From positions 1 to 34,551 of the forward strand of contig JBDSSU010000561.1 in NCBI GenBank assembly GCA_039928635.1: a stretch of DNA of 34,551 nucleotides. Direction: 5' to 3'. Position 1 is the stretch's first letter. Each line of letters opens with the position of its first letter. A program made the position numbers and the translations under genes. Of this stretch, positions 34,550-34,551 are shown in pieces. This stretch comes from Opitutaceae bacterium. GTDB taxonomy: Bacteria > Verrucomicrobiota > Verrucomicrobiia > Opitutales > Opitutaceae. The notes under the pieces are model-generated. The model was not told where the DNA came from. It ran no database searches and saw only the letters and a list, made by a program, of their open reading frames with translations.

Positions 34550-34551
34550 GA

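Noticed and set aside
1-34551. I looked for tRNA, rRNA or other structured RNA genes, CRISPR repeat-spacer arrays, IS elements, integrases, phage genes, and defence or toxin-antitoxin modules.
   Set aside because: I found no periodic direct repeats, no transposase-, integrase- or nuclease-like ORFs, no cloverleaf-like segments and no terminal inverted repeats around any block. The only rearrangement signature is the 20.0-20.25 kb junction, which has no mobile-element genes beside it.

Overview
High-GC (~60-65%) chromosomal segment. Its gene families point to the Planctomycetota-Verrucomicrobiota group, probably an Opitutales-like verrucomicrobium (inference from family content only). These families are a PVC-type CxxCH heme-binding dehydrogenase, a DUF1592/DUF1552 pair, two ThuA-domain proteins, a TIGR02999-type ECF sigma factor next to a Ser/Thr kinase, and TonB-dependent receptors without SusD. 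I call 20 intact protein genes, one 5' gene fragment at the left edge, and three decayed genes. I see no rRNA, tRNA, CRISPR array, transposase or integrase.

Layout, left to right:
- Reverse-strand sugar-acid operon (706-4469): RhamD-like enolase-superfamily dehydratase, beta-hydroxyacid dehydrogenase, KGSADH-like aldehyde dehydrogenase. It abuts a dead SGNH hydrolase remnant.
- Forward operon (4921-9648): heme-binding dehydrogenase, ketose-3-epimerase-like TIM barrel, secreted ThuA.
- ECF sigma plus membrane Ser/Thr kinase (9806-12650), followed by a TonB-dependent receptor, a CE1-like esterase translationally coupled to a DUF1592 cytochrome-like protein, and a DUF1552 partner.
- The DUF1552 gene is cut off after ~79 codons at a rearrangement junction (about 20026-20250). 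That junction also contains scrambled, strand-flipped pieces of a ManD/DgoD-like enolase gene.
- Glycoside locus (20999-31037): XylR/AraC-type regulator, cytoplasmic GH3, GPH symporter, LacI regulator, second TonB-dependent receptor.
- Reverse-strand ECF sigma / anti-sigma-like / ThuA / cupin cluster (31436-34549).

The most system-like candidates are the sigma-kinase-receptor-esterase-DUF1592/1552 block and the heme-dehydrogenase/epimerase/ThuA operon. The most unusual structure at the DNA level is the breakpoint at ~20.0-20.25 kb.
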